Origin: Rhizaria sp. SCN 62-66
Lineage: Eukaryota
Length of the DNA: 64,000 nt
NCBI GenBank assembly: GCA_001724265.1
Contig: MEDY01000188.1
Span: 1 to 64,000, forward strand
Direction: 5' to 3'
Part shown: positions 61,501 through 64,000 of the stretch, piece after piece
How positions within the stretch are numbered: position 1 is the stretch's first letter
Layout: each line of letters starts with the position of its first letter
Made by a program: the position numbers and the translations under genes
The notes under the pieces: model-generated
The model's input: only the letters and a program-made list of their open reading frames with translations
Databases searched by the model: none
What the model was told of the DNA's origin: nothing

Positions 61501-64000
61501 CGAGTGGTAGAACGGCAGCACGAACGCGGGGTCGTAGTGGCCGCCGCCCAGCCCGCCCGCGGCGGCGCGGCAGCCGTGGGACAGCGCGCCGTAAGCGTCG
61601 TCCTCGGAGACGGAGACGAGCGACACGGCGCCGCTCAGCTGCGCTGCGACAGAGAGATCGGCGCTCGCACCACCGGTGCTGGAACCAGCATCATCGGTGA
61701 GCGCAGCGTTGGCGTTGTGTTTCGCGAGCAAGTCCGGGTTGCAGAGCGCGGGAGGGGGCCCGGCGGCGAGGAGGTCGCTGCTGACGTTGGCGTCGACCCA
61801 CATCACATCGGGGAAGAGCTCCTCGTCACCGCTCTCCTGGCCGGGCAGCCAGGGGCGGTTCTGCCGCTGCTCCTGCCGCTGCGCACTCTCGAGCGACGCG
61901 GCCATCGTGGCCGCCACAGCCACCTCCTGCGCGTCGAGCGAGGTCACGTGCGACTGCAGCACGCTCGCCTCGGCCACCAGCGCCAGCGCGCGCGCGGCCA
62001 CGACGGCAGGCAGCGCGGGCGCTAGGTCCGTCACTACCGTCGCCGCGATGCGGGCCGCCGCGAAGGAGCCCACCGTCGCGGTCGCCGCCGCGGCCGTCAC
62101 GGCGGCGCTGGGCGCGAGCGTGGCGGCCGTCGCAAACGGGTACGAACCGTGGCCTGTGGCCTGCGCAACCGCGGCGCGCTCTGCGGCGAGCGCCTCGGCC
62201 TCGGCGGCGGCGGCGGCGGCGGCCGTCTCAGCCAGGTCCGCAGCCGTGGCCGCGGCGATGGCTTTGTGCCACGCCTCGGCGTTCGCGCCCTCGGGGAGGC
62301 GGCTCGCGTCGCTGTCGTCCGCGCCGCCGCAGTGCTTGCGGACGAGCGCGGCGAGCGCGGCCGTGGCTGTGGAGATAATGTAGGACGCAACGGCGCGGCG
62401 GGCCACGGTGGAGCGGCCGGCCGCGCCCCACTTGCGCGTGTAGAGCGAGAAGAGCGACGGAAACGCCACGTCCAGAGCGCCGCTGTTCGCTGACTCAGCA
62501 GCGCCAGCGGTACTCGTGGGTGAGCCCGTGGCGGCGGGCATGACGATGGCCTGGATGCGGGAGAGGATCGCCGACAGCAGCCGGTCCGCAGGACTGGTGG
62601 TGGCGCCGTACGCGGCGAGCAGCACGCGCACCAGAGGCATGTGCGCGTCGAGCGAAGAAGAAAACCACGGCAGCCCGGGCGCGGCCGCGGCGGCGGCGGC
62701 AGCCTTAGCCTTCTTGTGAGCCTTCTTAGCCTTCTCGCGTTTGTCGTGTTCATCATTATCGCTATCGGTGCCGCTGTCGGTGTCGCTCTCCCTGTCGGCG
62801 CTAGCCTTGGCGGCGGCGGGCTTGGTGAAGAGCTGGTTAATCAGCGACAGCAGACTGACCGTGGCCGCCGCGGAGGCGGCAGCGTCGGCAACGGCCACAG
62901 CGCCCGCGGCACCGTTGGCGCCGTTGGTGACGGCGGCCGTGGCGCTCAGCATCACGCTCGACGCGATCACGGTCGGGTCAGCCCCGCCGACGACACCGCC
63001 GCTGCCACTGCCACTACCCTTGGAGCTAGAGTCAGCGCCGGCGCCCGCGGCGGAGGCCGAGGCGGAGGCGGCGGAGGCGGCCTGCGCGCGCGCGGTGGCG
63101 AGCAGCGCGGGCGCGTCGACGGCGCGCATGGCGGGGCAGACCGTGGGCAGGAACAGCGGCGCGGAGGAGACGAGGTAAAAGATGTCCGGGTTGTGCAAAT
63201 ACATGTCCTGTGTGTGTGTGGAAGGGGTTAAAAAAAGAGAGAGTGAAGCATTAGATGTGAGAAAATGAATATAAAGATTGAAAAAAGGGGAAAGCATTCA
63301 CATTTAGTTCGAAATATGATGCACTCGCAATATAGTCACAAGATTGCTTCAAATACAACGTACCTGTCCAGGATCCTGTTCGAGCGTGACTGCGGCCGCG
63401 AACGCCTCAACAGAGCCACCCAGCGTCTTCGTCAGCGCCTTAGCCAGCTCCTTGGTCACCGCGGCCGCCGCGGCGCCACTGTACACTGCCGCTACGCCGC
63501 CACCGGCGGTGCTGCCACGGGGGACCGCGGGCAGAGGCAGGTCGCGCGCGCGCAGCAGCAGGCTGACGGCATCGGCCGTGCGCGGCGCGTCGAGCCGCGC
63601 CTGCAGCGCCGTGATGACGAAGCGGTTCAGGCTCTTGCGAGTCCGCTGGCGGGCTGCCGCAGCCGCCGCGGTCAGGGTGGCGGCGTCGACCTTGGCAATG
63701 GCCTTGCCAGCGTTGCCGCCGTTGCCGCCGCTGCTGTAGTGCGCAGAGAGCGGAGCGGCAGCGACCAGCAGCGCGGCCCAGGCCGAGGCCGAGGCGAGCA
63801 CGGCCAGCGGCTCCAGAGCGCCGCGCGCCCTGTCGGTCGCGACGGCAAGGATGCCGATGAGCAGCGCCAGCAGGTCTTGCTCGAGCGCGACTACGGCAAC
63901 GCCCTCTGCGTCGGCACTGACAGCGCCTGTCTTGCCACTGCTTCCGCTCTCAGCGGCCGCGGCGGCGGCGGCAGCAGAAGAGGCCAGGGGGAACACAGTG
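58501..64000 (-). CDS. URB1: Nucleolar pre-ribosomal-associated protein 1 (URB1/Npa1), 3' part; 5' end lies beyond the window
   Basis: complement join(63364..>64000,58501..63207). Intron 63208-63363 (GTACGT...ACAG, phase 0). C-terminal NopRA1-like region YDPAFVLP..LRALAYACL..LLTLLMVLRNTV..RLPNLATVFLAKSASVIL..FNRFLLGKPALD. Basic/acidic tail ending KKRSKK-TAA. Confidence 0.82.

Noticed and set aside
1-64000. Bacterial or phage origin suggested by high GC and long ORFs
   Set aside because: Spliceosomal introns and eukaryote-specific genes (coronin, SAE1, URB1, PET100, USP) indicate a eukaryotic nuclear genome.

Overview
Gene-dense eukaryotic (protist-like) nuclear DNA: GC-rich, Ala-rich exons separated by short AT/pyrimidine-rich spliceosomal introns (17 mapped, mostly 96-188 nt, 15 with a GTACG donor) and short AT-rich intergenic spacers. 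Genes reconstructed by hand: persulfide-dioxygenase-like MBL hydrolase, a ~5,590-aa ubiquitin-specific protease, a small Cys-rich type I membrane protein, tandem coronin (CORO7/POD-1 type), a ~4,070-aa unknown protein with AT-hook-like motifs, a ~2,570-aa AbpF-like protein, PET100, SAE1/AOS1, a small unknown ORF, two divergent importin-alpha-like ARM genes (one fused to a degenerate cyclophilin domain, one frameshifted) and the 3' part of URB1/Npa1. Main discovery: the organism appears to use a variant nuclear genetic code in which UAG is a sense codon, most likely Gln, while UAA and UGA remain stops. Nine in-frame TAGs interrupt otherwise continuous frames in five genes, and none of the 12 inferred gene ends uses TAG. 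A local tandem duplication at 54.2-59.1 kb also produced a chimeric gene fragment. No tRNA, rRNA, CRISPR or transposase was seen. All family calls come from motif recognition, not database searches.
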